Shown: positions 12,016 to 24,529 of the stretch, piece by piece
Position numbering within the stretch: the stretch's first letter is position 1
Layout: every line of letters starts with the position of its first letter
The notes under the pieces: model-generated
The model's input: only the letters and a program-made list of their open reading frames with translations
Told to the model about the DNA's origin: nothing
Database searches by the model: none
Assembly: GCF_009834535.1 (NCBI RefSeq)
Contig: NC_045697.1
Span: forward strand, 110,672,001 to 110,736,000
Source: Camelus ferus
Lineage: Eukaryota
DNA: 64,000 nucleotides
Direction of reading: 5' to 3'
Position numbers and translations under genes: made by a program

Positions 12016-13759
12016 AATGCTGAAATAATATTCAACTGAAAAATAATTCTTAGAGAACCTTACAAGTTGCCAGGAGTTATGAGAATGAATCATATGGTTC
12101 CTGCCCTCAGGAAGCACGCAACGTAGCTGAGAGAAAAATAACAGGATGAGGGGGTGTGGAGGGAGCAGGGAGCAGCATTTGAGTTGACACGAGTCTCAAG
12201 TCACTCCTGTGACTGCGTTGCTGTGGAAATTGTCTTCACCCTCAGATGCACTGACTTCAGCGTGGAAAGCTGAACCCTTCTCCCTTCTGCTTTCTGCCAG
12301 AGGTGAACTGGGGGCAGCCAAGGCCACCTGGCACAGGAGGCTCCAGACCTGAGAACACAGGACAGCCGGGCGGTGGTGGTGGGAAGAGGGCAGAAGCCAT
12401 GTTACTTCTGCTTGGGAGTAGCTGCCTGAGATATGAGGCTTTCAGATTGGAGATACACTTGTGGAGCCTCTGGAACATTCACAGAAAGCATCCCTCAGCA
12501 GAACCCCTCTCCTTCCAACACAAGGAATTGACCTCCTGTTTCCAGACCCCCAACAGTCAAGAATTCTGCCAGCTTCTGGTGGTGACGGTTGTGCTCAGAT
12601 TCCAGGTTATTCTGAGAAACTGTTAGGCCTTGGCACACCCAACTTTGTTCCTCCTTTAGATCAAGGAGCTTCCAAACGTCACTTCCTCAGAGCAGCTACA
12701 TTTAGGTAGAGGAGACAGTTAGCGGTGTAGCCAGCTCACACACGGTCACCATGAAGATCTTCGTGGCTTTGAAAAGCTCAGAGGGTCATCATACATGAGT
12801 ACCAGAAATGACAGGGTACTGATCTCAGCCCAGTTTGGGGAATTTTTCTTCTTTCTACTTTCCTCTTGTGTTTTACCACTTGACACGTCTGAAGCTCAAC
12901 TTTCTAAGAACAGTCCCTTTAGATTTAATGAAGAGAAGACCCATTCTGTAAGCATTGGCTCAAGCCTGGTGTAGGCACATCCCTGGGTTATGAAAAGGGC
13001 CACCTTTAATGCCATCTCAGTAAAGCCCAGCAGAGGAGTTGAACCTGTAGCTGGACCAGAAGAAATGTTTCTATTTCCAGGGCATTTTGTTCTTTGATTC
13101 ATTAGGAAGAAATACCACCCAGGTTCAAAGTTTCACCACCTCTTTGCTGTCAGAACCAAGCAAAATCTGTAGCGGTTTTTTCAACAGTGGTTTAGTATAA
13201 ATAAAATTTACAACATCCTCATTTAAATTCTGTTTGCTTGGGGATTTTGTCAGTTTACATATGTTGAAGTTCTACTAAAATTAGTTAACATTGAAACAGA
13301 GGTATTTGTTTGTCTTACAGTTTTTCTACTCTGAAATATCCTCCTAAAGCCCCCAGGGAGCTCCAGCTCGGCTCAGTAAGGTCCTGTCATCTTTTTTCCC
13401 CTGTGGATGCTTTGAACACAGAATACCTACTGTCTTTGCAGAGTGGAGCTGGGATCCCATGAAGGTGAAGAAGAGGGAGGCCTGCAAAATCAGAGTCCTG
13501 GGTGCCCATTAGAGAATACTTGATGTACAAAAAGGTGACCACAAGGATAAAAGCTTAAAAGATGTTTCACACTCTCCTCTGGCTTTCCATGTCTTCACAA
13601 TCCTCTAAGAGCAAGATTGTGTTGCTATGTTAGTGAGGCATTCAGAGGTATTGGGCATAAATGAGGTTACAGGATCATGACCCAAACATATATTCAATTG
13701 CTTTCTTGTCTTATAATCACCTTTATTTCAAATATTCAAAACTGAACTAAGGATATTTC

Positions 13760-14072
13760 CTACATCCTCAATGCTATACTCCCATCTGCCCCAGGGTCTT
13801 TGCACATGATGTTTTTAACTTCCTTGTTTCCTCCTTAGTTCTGAGAAGAATCTTTGATTCGGATCAAAGGTCAGTTCCATAGGGGGGCTCTCTGACACTG
13901 CTGCCTAAATCAGATCATCTTGCTGAAGTTCTCAGAGCTCCATGTACATTTCCCATATAGTCCTTATCACAGTTTTTAATGTATATTGCGTGACTATTTA
14001 ATTAATGTCTGTTTTCCTAAAAAATAAACTGTAACTGCTTTGAAGGCAGGATCACATCTGCTTAATTCAGCA
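13760..14072 (+). mobile_element. L2 fragment
   Basis: 'cagggtctttgcacatgatgtt', 'ccttatcacagtttttaat', 'ttaattaatgtctgttttcct', 'ctgtaactgctttgaaggcagga'. Confidence 0.7.
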
Positions 14073-17000
14073 AGTGATATTGGCTATCCAACTCACTAAT
14101 TGCTACAATTCTTTCACATTGTGGCTTCTCTGTAGGGTTGATCCCATGCTGTGCCTCTTTCTGCTATACCCTAGGGAGTTGCTGCATAGAATGACATATG
14201 ACATTGAATTAAATGATTGCTATGCAAATAATCAGATCATAATTATTTCTTGCAAATTTACAAAAACAAAACTGTGTTTGGATGGATCGAAAACTGCTGG
14301 CTTTTCTACAATCTTCCCAATGAGCTCCATATGCTTGTAGTCACTTCCTCTGACCTAGTCACATGGATGGGTCTCATCTCATGGTGAACGAAATTTTTCT
14401 CTAGCACATCCTCCATCCTGGACCTCATTTGGCCATCCTGCAAGCATGAAACACTGTTCAAAAGTGCAGCAGGGTAGTAATGCATCTGTGGATCCATGAG
14501 AATTTATAATCTTGACAATAACGTGATTCAAACTGAGTATATTACTGTCAGAAGATCACTGTATTATTTCTGTCAATGTCATGTCTATGATTTTCCAGCA
14601 TTACAAATTTCATGAATGGATAAACTGCTTAGCCTCTTTGTAGGCTATGGGCAAGAGAAAGTAATCGTGAAACTTTAGTGTACTTTTGAGTCTAGCAGAA
14701 AAGACCATTAGCTCTTATATCCTTCATCTTGATTAATTGTATTGCTGGAGATCGCTTCCCTAGGTCCATGCCATTTAAAAAATAATTACACTTCAGCTAC
14801 TTGTGTAATGAGGGAGAAAAACACTTAGCATTTTTCCAGCTTGTCTGATTACTGTTTGTTGAATATATAAATATGTGCTGCTTTCTCTGTTCGAGGTAGA
14901 AGGACTTCTGGTAGGCCTGTTCACCTAATTGATGACACTCACTCCCCGATGCCGACAGTAGGTTGATTATCAAGTCAAGGTATAATTCTTGGTTTATCTG
15001 TGAAATAATTTTAGAAGTCAGTTCAGCGGAAGAATTCTACTGATAAAGAAGGATCTTGACAGAGGCATGAGTTGTCGGAGGCAGACATGAGACAGCCCTA
15101 GTGATTATTCATGTGTGTTTTGTGAGCAACATTTATTAAATTTGTTTTTATGTGGTTCAAAGCAGCTTGACAGTTTGACCTCTCGTTACTGTTTTGGTTG
15201 ATGTTCCCAGAGTAGATCTGTGTGCAGGGACGTCATAATGCCGGGTTATCTGTCTGAGGGCAATCATAGGCACCAGAAGAACAACAGGCTGAATTGATGG
15301 GACTCCTGATAATGCTGGTTATCACCCCATCCTCTCCCCAGAGATATGTAACTCTTCCTGTGATGTACCATGCAAGGTACGTAATCTTTCACAGGATTCT
15401 TGAAAATGGCTTCATTGTGTGGAACTGTAATGAACTAAGAAGTATAGGAACTATTGGTTTCTAGGACTTTAAAAATCCAACACTGGGGAGAAGTAAGATA
15501 AAGGGCAGTTTACTTAAACTTCCCAGATTTGATTTTAGCCTTACCTGGAAATAGAGGGTCCACATGGAGAAAACTATTTAAAAGGGTCCTGGGTAGGGAA
15601 CAGTTCTTGAATCCTCGACCCACAAAAATACTTTGGTGATTAACAATGTGAATTCTTCCTGAGACCGAGACAGTTCAAAGGGCCACAACTGAGTTCTGGA
15701 AAGGCTGACTTTATAGACAGTTAGCTGCATTGGGATGATTGTATTTCAGACTTGACTCTGAACGTGGCCTCTTCTGTCCAGAGGAAGTAAACCTGAGCAT
15801 ACCACCATCACACCTGCACCCTGAAAGGGTTGAGGAGCGAGGCTCAATGGGAAAGGTCAGGAAGCCTTTCAGAGCCAGCACTGTAGCTCCCCAAGCCAAG
15901 CCCTCCGGGAGCTGGCACAGTGCTCTTCCTCTGCCTGTCTTGACCTCCCCCCTGCTGTGTACCTCCTCTAGGACCTGTGGACTCTCCATTTCACTTTTCC
16001 TTGCAGTCTTTTTTTTTTTTTTTTGAATCTGGCTCGTCATCCCATACATCCCTGTGCTTTACTTAACAAATGTTAATTTGTCAAAATGACTACAGATGGC
16101 TGTTGCTGAGGGCTTTTGGTGTATTAGAAAAAGAAAAGCTGAAGATAATCACACAGTTAAGGCTTTGTGATAGCCAGAGGGTGTCCTGAGCAGTATATGA
16201 AGAGATTCTCAGCTTTTGTAGCTGGAAGGCAGAAAAGACTGGAGGGCAGGCCCACAGTTTAAAAATAAAGATAGAGGAGCTCCAAAGAAAGTTGAATTCT
16301 TAACACTGAAGTTCTGCTACACCAAATATCAGATGGTGTTCGGGAAGGTAAGACTCTTAGACTTGGGTTAATGCACCCCAAAATCTTGAATCCTTAGATT
16401 CTCCTGAATATTCCAGGCCTAAATAAGCCACTCATTCCTTGCTGTTAGCCTAGTGTTTCTTGTTTACATTGAGATTATGCAGAGGCCTTTTCATCACAAG
16501 ACAATAGTTGCCCTCCTTAAGGTCACCCTGGCTCCCCATCCTTTGACTATCATATCAGTTGCTAGGGTGAAGTCACGACATGATCTGGCCAGCGAAGCAC
16601 TGAGCCTACCAAGGGAGGAACAGGGCTACACCTCAGAAAAGCTACAGGGCCTACCTGACAGTCCAACAGGAGATGGGAGAGCATGTATTGAACTGTAACA
16701 TCCTGAGCATTCTAGATTAAAGAAGATAGAATATGAAGTCAAGTAAGGGAGACTTTAGTGATGTGGGAACAGCTATCCATGATCAAAGCTTTAACACCCT
16801 GACCAGGACCCCAGGAGTCAGTGCTAACATGTGGTTCAGATGATTCCTCAAAAGCTGGAAAAAGTGAAATGCCAGAATCATTGCTGGTGGTGGAAGAAGG
16901 GGTTAAAAGAAGTGAGATGCTAGCGAGGAGATCCTACATAAGGCAAGAAAATATTACGTAAGACTGGAAACCCCACCAGCAACCATGTTTCACGGGAGGA

Positions 17001-18331
17001 TCCAGAACATACTTAATCAAAGTGATAAGGAATGTACTTGTAAGAATGGCCAAAGTAATGTGAAGAAGCTTAGTGGTGGCTGTGCTCTGTAGACCAAGGC
17101 TGATGGCAGGACTGGGTTCCTTGGTAGCAAAGGAGATGATATGATCCCCAGATAATTACAGGTCAGGTGGGAGGGCTCAAGAATCAGAAGCAGGATGGAA
17201 GCAATTATAGTGAATGAGATTGTTACAATGTTTGTGTCACATGATTATGCCCACAGAGAACATTCCTCGTGCAACAGACACTAAACAACCAAGCTGACAG
17301 AATGATTCGGTCAGTTGACATGAACTGTCTTCTGTCAGGGACCACTTTAGTACTAGCCCAGTGGGTACAAAATTGGAATAGCCATTATCATAGGGACAGG
17401 CAATATGGGTGGGCCCAACAATACGGACTCTCACTCACCAAGGCTGATTTAACTACCCCCGCTGCCAAGTGTCCCACCTGTCAACAATGGAAACCAGCAA
17501 CAAGATGGGCTCTCAATATGGCACCAGCTTTCGAGAAAATCAACCAGGCTGGTAAAGAGAGGATTACTTTGGAACTCTTCCACCTTGAAGGAGCAGTGAT
17601 TTATCTTGAAGGGAATTGAATTGTTTTGCCTTTCCTGCTTATAGACTTTATCCAGACCATTATAAAGACATACAGACTATTTCAACCATCGACTGGGATT
17701 CTGCATACATTGTGCCAAACTAAGGGATGGTATAGCAAAGGAGGTACAACAATAGGCATGTGACCATAAGGTTCCTATTGGATATGACACCACTCAGAAA
17801 CTCCCAGATAGAGTGTTGGGATACCTTTTAGAAGTTATAACTGACATACCAACTTAGAGATGATACCCTTTAATAATGGGACATTATGCTCCAGGACATG
17901 GTATATTAACTAAGTCAATGAATAGAATATTCATTACCCTTAGAAAGGAAAAATACATGGTCTAGGAATCAAGGAGTGGAAGTATGAATGGCCCCAGTGT
18001 CTTCCCTCTAATAGGCTCACTTACATAATTTGGACTTTTGTTCCTGAAACTCTTAGGCTCTTCAGGCTAAAGATCTTAGTTCACAAAGAGAGAATGTATC
18101 CACCAGGGGACACAGCCAAAATGTATTAAACTTTAAGGTATGGCTGACACCTGATTATTTGGGGCTTTTTATACCATGAGACCAGTAGGCAAAGAAGAGA
18201 GTTATCATTTTGGCAGAGATGATTGACCTTTACCAGTAGGAAAATCCAGGGCTGTTGTTACAGAGGAGGAGTGGGGAAGACTATGTCTGGCACCCAGGTG
18301 ACTCACTGGAGCATCTCTTGGTACTCTCCTT

Positions 18332-18846
18332 TGTAATAGAAAAGAAAAAACCTGAATCCATGTTAGGCCTATTCCTTTAACTTTCACCCTGTGCTCTGTT
18401 TCTTGTGCTGAGTCATGCTGATTCTTTTGTACAAGGATGTTGCCTATAGCCTGAAATATACAGGACAGCCCACTCTCAAGGCTCTGATGTTTAGGGTTGT
18501 AACACTTTCCCATTCATATAAAGATAAAAAGTTGCAGAATGGAAAATAACATTTATCTTGTTGGAGGTTTGCAGGAACACCACGACCTGACCTACAAAGA
18601 CAGCTGCAAGAACAAAGGATTCCAGCACCAGGAAGTTTGAAACAACTAAACACATCCCTTCCCCTTTTCAGTACAAAAGGAGCCTGAATTATGACTTGGG
18701 GGAAGATAGTTCTCCAGGATGTTAGTTTGCCGTCTTCTCAGTCTGCTAGCTTTCCAAATAAAGTCATTATTTCTTGCCCCAACACCTTGTCTCCCAATTT
18801 ATTGGCTTGTCATGTGGTAAGCAGAATGAATTTGGACTCAGTAACA
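18332..18846 (+). mobile_element. ERV1-type solo LTR, copy 1 of 3, nested in ERVL internal region
   Basis: TGTAA...AACA termini, AATAAA at ~18757, near-TSD cctt/ccct, high similarity to 39323-39834 and 41213-41622. Confidence 0.9.
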
Positions 18847-19098
18847 CCCTGATAATTTTAATCATAAATAGAAAAGGTCACTAGTGGCTCAGAGCACCTA
18901 GAAATGAGGGTCTAGGCTACCCCACCAGATGGTCCTAGTTCAAAGTGAAGGGACTGAAGAATGAGTAGTAGAAATGAGTATCTGTGTGTCTCTTAGACAA
19001 GGTATAGTAGTGGAGGGCTTCCTTATATGTGTCCCCAAGAAAAGAGACCAACAAGCATCCAGGAGGAGTCCTTCCCAACTGGGTGGATTTAACTAAAT

Positions 19099-19134
19099 CA
19101 GTGTGATCTGAGCAGTGTGATCTGAGCAGTGTGA
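19099..19134. repeat. 14-bp tandem duplication (cagtgtgatctgag) x2.5
   Basis: Read directly, just upstream of the ERVL polypurine tract. Confidence 0.9.
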
Positions 19135-19143
19135 GGGATGGAC

Positions 19144-19501
19144 TGTAGTGAACACTACAGTACTTCCCAGATCCACCTTAAACAACAATGCACACACTTC
19201 TGGGAGTCTTGCCTGATGAAGTTTCATAGCTGGGTCCCTCCATAGGAATTGTCCTCAGTCAAAGGCTGCTACTCCTTAGAAGATGCCTCCCCTTGCTGGG
19301 GACAGCCTACTTCTCAGTTGTGAATGTCTCCGAAGAACCTTCAAAGTTTCCTGTGGGATTGGCTGAAAACTGTTGCAACTGAATCACAGTTTAATTTCTC
19401 CATCTGTCCAATTCTGTTTCTCTCAATCCCATGAGCACTCGCCAATAAACCTCCTGCATACACATTTGAGAGCTGTTTTCTAGGGAAACTGGTCTACAAC
19501 A
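19144..19501 (+). mobile_element. LTR16-like ERVL 3' LTR
   Basis: 'tgtagtg' after the PPT; 'ggaattgtcctcag', 'cctgtgggattggctga', 'caataaacctcctgca', end 'ctacaaca'. Confidence 0.8.
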
Positions 19502-19504
19502 GGA

Positions 19505-20078
19505 TTTTGATTTAGAATTTATTTTTGTGTGGTGTGTTATAAGGATCTAATATTATTTTACTTCATACGGAAAGCTTAGTGCTCCAAAGGTATTTACGGA
19601 AAAATCCATCGAAAGATGGAAAGCCCATTGATGAGTAATTCCAATACTATTATATATCAAGTTCTTATATCCATGCTTTTCCTCTGCCTTTCTTTTCTGT
19701 TCTATTGATCTATTTGTTTACTCCTGTATTTATACCATGTTGTTTATTACTATATATGTATTTTAAGTGCTATTATCTGTCAGGGCACATCATTCGTCTT
19801 TGTTCATTCATTTTGGATTTATCTTGGCTCTTCGTAGACCACTTTATGCCATATAAAGTTTTAAAACCTTGATTTCAAGTTCATAAAAATATTGCTTAGA
19901 TTTAAATTATGCATGAATGGAATTTATAAATTGATATGGTAAAAACTGGCAACTTTTAATATGAGTCTTTTCATCCATTAACATGCTGTAAACATACAGT
20001 TTCCTTTCATGTTCTCCATTTTTAAAAAACAATTTTTTGTGGTTTTTTTCTTGGGGGGAGGTAATTCGGTTTGTTTGT

Positions 20079-20109
<31 letters not shown>

Positions 20110-20400
20110 GTGAAGGTACTGCAGATTGAATCCAGAACCTTGTGCATGCCAAGCACACACTCTACCACTGAACTATATCCTCCCCCTCCATTTGGTTTTT
20201 CATATTTTTCTTTTTTGAAATCCCTACTTATTTTAATGATGCTATTAACTGGTAGTGCCATTTCTGTTTTCTTTCTTTCTGGATTGATTTCCTCCCTTGA
20301 GGATTCTATCCAAGATCACACAGGATGTCTACCTTCTGAAGGTACACACAGTGGACTTACCTGACAGCTCTTTATTTTTCAGATATCTTGTTTCTTTCCC
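19505..20400 (-). mobile_element. Old L1M ORF2 (RT region) fragment interrupted by SINE; right boundary uncertain
   Basis: 'ttctgttctattgatctatttgttta', 'gagtcttttcatccattaacatg', 'gatgctattaactgg' antisense L1 ORF2 motifs. Confidence 0.7.
20022..20185 (-). mobile_element. tRNA-Ala-derived SINE, Vic-1-like (camelid)
   Basis: Minus strand GGGGAGGATATAGTTCAGTGGTAGAG (A box)...GGATTCAATC (B box), then (TAAA)n and 'aattacctcccccc' tail; candidate TSD ctccattt at 20014-20021 and 20186-20193. Confidence 0.85.
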
Positions 20401-22654
20401 TAGTGAGGAGAAGCAAAATTCTCAAGACTGGTAAAGCCCAAGGCGGACTTGTAGGTCGATGGGCTGTAAAAGGCAACGTAAGTTCGATTCACAGATGATG
20501 AAATGTCAGATTACTTGGTATTTTTCAGCAGCTGTTCTGAATGTAAAAAGGTTACATTTCCTTACGTCTTTCTTAGTTCTTGAATATTTTGCTGTATTGA
20601 TTTGATAGCAGCCCATTTTTTGATTTTGCAAGAAGTATTTACTGAGCAAAGAAAAATTACATAAAGCCAAATAGATGTCACCTGCAGTAAAATGAAAGAT
20701 TTCTTTAGCGAGCCTAGGTTCCATGTAATTTTAGAGAAGCTAACACTGTTTAAAATTGATGTGTGTGGAGAAAACCACTCCTACTGCTCTTTTTGATTTG
20801 GCATTAAACTCTTTCAAAGGAGTGAGCATTGCGATGTAGAACAGCTGGGCTAGGATTTGGTGATGGAAGTGGCGGGAAGTAAAGAGATTTTTTTTTTTTG
20901 TTTGGTACTGTCATAGAATTAACACATATGGTGTTTAGATACAGATTTACAGTACCATCTGTTGAAGTAAATCTTGAGTCATTACTGACAAGATGACTCA
21001 GAAAATATTTTATTATTGTCTTCTTTGAGATGACGAGTAAGTCTAGGGTTTTGAAATACATATGTGACTATGTAAAACCAGTCTTAGCGAATATTTCGAA
21101 TTGTATTTCTGGGTATAATGGAGTAAAAGTATTTGCACTCACCTTCCCGTCAGAAAAAGAAAACCTAAAAAATCTGGGTATTATATGTAACGGCTCTTTT
21201 TCAGACATGGGACAAATAGCAATTCAAACTGTGATCTCTGAGCAATGGGAAAAAAATGCATCTTATCATTTTATTGTCCTGGATTTCTTCATGCAAGAAG
21301 AACTAGACAGTAAGTAGCACAAAGAGGGAAACCAGTAGTCTTGCTGAGTTGAAGAGACAGAAATAAGAATGCAAGGACTTTGGGGTAGCTAGAACTTTCA
21401 GGGAAGAGTACTGAAGAGGAGCAAGCTGTGGAGAAAGGACTCCAGAAATGTACACGGGCATCCCATGAAATCTTTGAATTGATAGCATTTTGCACATGCA
21501 CAAGGCACGAGGGCAGGGAGCGAAAGACTCCTAAGAAAAGAACAATTACTAGGGAGTGTGAGATCTGCATGTCTGGATGACAATGACTACTTAGCAGTGG
21601 ATAACTTATTACGACAATCATAATTATGAAAATACAAAAGAGCGAGATATTTTGTTGAATTACAGCATACAATTAATTTGTTATTAATTAATGACTTTGT
21701 TGGAGTAAGAGGATGTTATGAAAATTAAGCACATTAACAAATCTCCAGGGACTTTAATTTGCCATATTAGGTATATTATAATTGTCCTTGACTGATAAGA
21801 GCATTTTAACTAGAAATAAGTCTTTTTGTAGACAGGTATTTCACTATTATTTGAACATGATTTTCTTTTAAATCTGAAAAGTACACAATCATTACAACAT
21901 ATTTTGTTAGCACATTTTACTTGTAATTTAACTGGGAAAGCTGAACTTCTCTTTTAATTTTCTTCAGATTATTTTTCATCCTAAACTTGGTAAACAAAAA
22001 GTCTCACAATAGAGTAGAGGTAACTAAAATTTGGAGAAGTCAAGCATATCTAACTATTCCTATTATGTACTTTTTATAAGAAGAAAAAGAAAACTTTTCT
22101 GTTGCTAACTGCCATTTAGGGAAACCAAAGATATTTTAGATATTTAAAAAATCTTTTGCTTTTTGTTTTAATTTAAATTGGGATACAGATTAGATAACAG
22201 CAAAATCAGTGAGTGTTTAGAGGAGTTAAGATGTCAACAGGATCTGAAGGCAAGAAATTGTTATAGGAAATACATTTTAAAAAGTCAGCTAAAATGAATT
22301 CTAGGACACTTTGTTTAAATGATTTAAGAATATGTCAGAAGCACAGAACAGAACAAAATATTTTGGTATTAAGAAGACCTCTGCTATCTGGACACAAAAA
22401 CTCCTCTGCATTTTTGACAGAAAGAAAATACAAATTCTAATTTTGTTCTCTTTGTATATCATCCACGTAACAATTTGCAGTAAAAGATTCAGAAGCCTTT
22501 TGCCTCATGAATAAATCCATCATATTTACTCACCTTTGCCAAAATTTCCAATATGTTTTGCTCATTTAAAAATTATCATTTGTAGGTTTTATATTCCCTG
22601 GAAAATCAGGTCCACATCCCCTCAGAACTTAAGGCACTGAAATCATATAAAGTA

Positions 22655-23395
22655 GGTTCTCCAACCACAATGGAATAAAATTAGAAATCACTAACAGAAG
22701 AAAACTTGGAAAACTTGCAAATATATGGAATTTAAACAACACGTTAAATAGTCAATGCGTCAAAGAAGAAATCATGAAGGAAATGAAAAAATACTTTGGG
22801 ATGAATGGAATGAAAGCACAAAATACCAAAATTTATGAGATGCAGTTATAGCAGTGCTTAGAGAACAATTTATAGCCTATATTAAAAAAAAGAATGAAGA
22901 TTTCAAATCAAGAACTGAATCTCTACCTCAAGAATCTAGGTAAAGAAAAGGCAGCTAATCCCAAATGTTCATCTACTGATGAGTGAACAAATGTGGTGTA
23001 TCCATATAATGGAATATTACTCAGCAATAAAAAGAATGAAATATTGATAATTGAGCTAATATGGTTGATGCTTTAAAGCATTCTGCTACATGAAAGATGC
23101 CTAGTCACAAAAAGACGCATAGTTCATGTACCCATTTGAATGAAATGCTGATAATTAGATAAATCTATAGAGATTTAAAAGTATATTAGTGGTTGCCTAG
23201 GGATGGGAGGAGGGGAAAATGTGTACTGACTGCTAATGGGTTTGGGCTTTCTTTTTGGGGTGACGAAAATGTTCTGAAATTATATTGTGGTGATGATTGC
23301 ATAGTTGTGTGTGTAAACACCGCTGAATTGTATACTTAAAAAAAGGTGAAGTTTGCACTATGTGAACTAGAACTCAATAAACTTGTTAGTAAAAA
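22655..23395 (+). mobile_element. L1MB-like element: early ORF2 fused to ORF2 C-terminus/3'UTR by internal deletion
   Basis: 'ccacaatggaataaaattagaaatca...gcagtgcttagag' (early ORF2) joins at aatcccaaa (22957-22965) to 'tgttcatctactgatgagtg...tggaatattactcagcaataaaaag' and a 3'UTR ending 'ctcaataaa'. Confidence 0.85.
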
Positions 23396-23827
23396 GCATG
23401 CAGGCTCTACTCTTAGAGAGTCTGATTCAGCTTTGGGGCAGACTTGGATGACTCACGTGCTGTGGGAAGTGTGTGAGCCACCAGCTATGCTATTGTATCT
23501 TCAGAAGACTGCAGTGAAAATGCAAATATAGGATCTGGGAAGAGTCTGATAATAAACACCTGCTTTCCCACAGATATGAGTTAAGTTGCAAGGCTACCAT
23601 CTGTCTTGTGGGCTCTGGGAGATTGAAACCCAATCGTGAGAATCTTAGCGACAAGAAAGTGGAAGATAGTTAAGATAAGTGGCAGATGATGGGAGGTAGG
23701 AAGGGAGTCCTGGGAGGGACACTTAGTAAGGGACAGGGATGCTGGGCAGATGGAAGTAACTGGAGTTCACTATTCTTAGTCTAACTTAGGTTCTATCTGC
23801 CTCTCCACTGAAGTATCAGGGTAAAAG

Positions 23828-23912
23828 TCATAGCTAATGTGTATTAAAAACTGATTTTGCAGCAGGCAATGCTCTAAGTGCTTTTTATCATAGTTAACTT
23901 CTTTATTCCTAA
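23828..23912 (-). mobile_element. MIR fragment (interrupted by L1)
   Basis: 'agctaatgtgtatt...caggcaatgctctaagtgcttt'. Confidence 0.5.
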
Positions 23913-23927
23913 AAAAAAAAGACTAAT

Positions 23928-24529
23928 TTGTTTTTTATTTTTTGTATATATATATTTTTATTGAAGTACAGTCAGTTTATAATTTTGTGTCAATTTCCAG
24001 TGCACAGCATAGTATTTCAGTCATACATATATATACATATATTCTTTTTCATATTCTTTTTCATTATAGGTTACTACAAGATATTGAATATAGTTCTCTG
24101 TGCTATACAATATGAACTTGTTGTCTATATATTTTATATATAGTAGTTTGTATTTGGAAATCTCAAACTCCCAATTTATCCCTTCCCACCCCCTTCCCTG
24201 CCACCACCCCAATAGCCATATTTGTTATGTCTGTAAGTCTGTTTCTGTTTTGTAGATAAGTTCATTTGTGACTTCTTCTTTCATTCTCCTTCTTCCTCTT
24301 CCTCTTCTTCTCCTTCTTCCACATATGAGTGATATCATATGGTATTTTTCTTCCTCTTTCTGGTTTACTTCACTTAGAATGACAGTCTCCAGTTCCATCC
24401 ATGTTCCTGCAAATGATATTATTTTATCCTTTTTTATGGCTGAGTAGTATTCCATTGTATAAATATACCACAACTTCTTTATCCAGTCATCCATTGATGG
24501 ACATTTAGGTAGTTTCCATGTCTTGGCTA
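23928..24529 (-). mobile_element. Young L1 3' fragment (ORF2 C-terminus + 3'UTR)
   Basis: ORF 24225-24494 'DDWIKKLWYIYTMEYYSAIKK...TWMELETVILSEV' is the L1 ORF2p C-terminus; T-rich tail at left. Confidence 0.95.

Larger units (their letters stand above)
16085..19143 (+). mobile_element. Decayed ERVL internal region (ERV3-16A3_I/ERVL-E-like): gag, integrase and dUTPase-like remnants; pro/RT absent
   Basis: Gag-like 'ELQRKLNS' near 16275; ORF 17269-17619 'NNQADRMIRSVD...GWAQQYGLSLTKADL...KCPTCQQ' matches the ERVL integrase N-terminal zinc-binding region; 'PPGDT' and 'DYLGLF' dUTPase-like near 18100-18170; PPT 'gagggatggac' before the LTR. Many stops and frameshifts. Confidence 0.85.

Noticed and set aside
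17269..17619. Functional or domesticated integrase
   Set aside because: Short fragment, zinc-binding motif degraded, catalytic core frameshifted.
20100..20185. tRNA-Ala gene
   Set aside because: Degenerate B box and acceptor stem, SINE tail and candidate TSD: a SINE.
20200..20364. SAM-domain-like 'GSAI...LEDSIQ' peptide resembling the SAMD9 N-terminus
   Set aside because: The DNA is explained equally well as continued antisense L1 ORF2; treated as coincidence.
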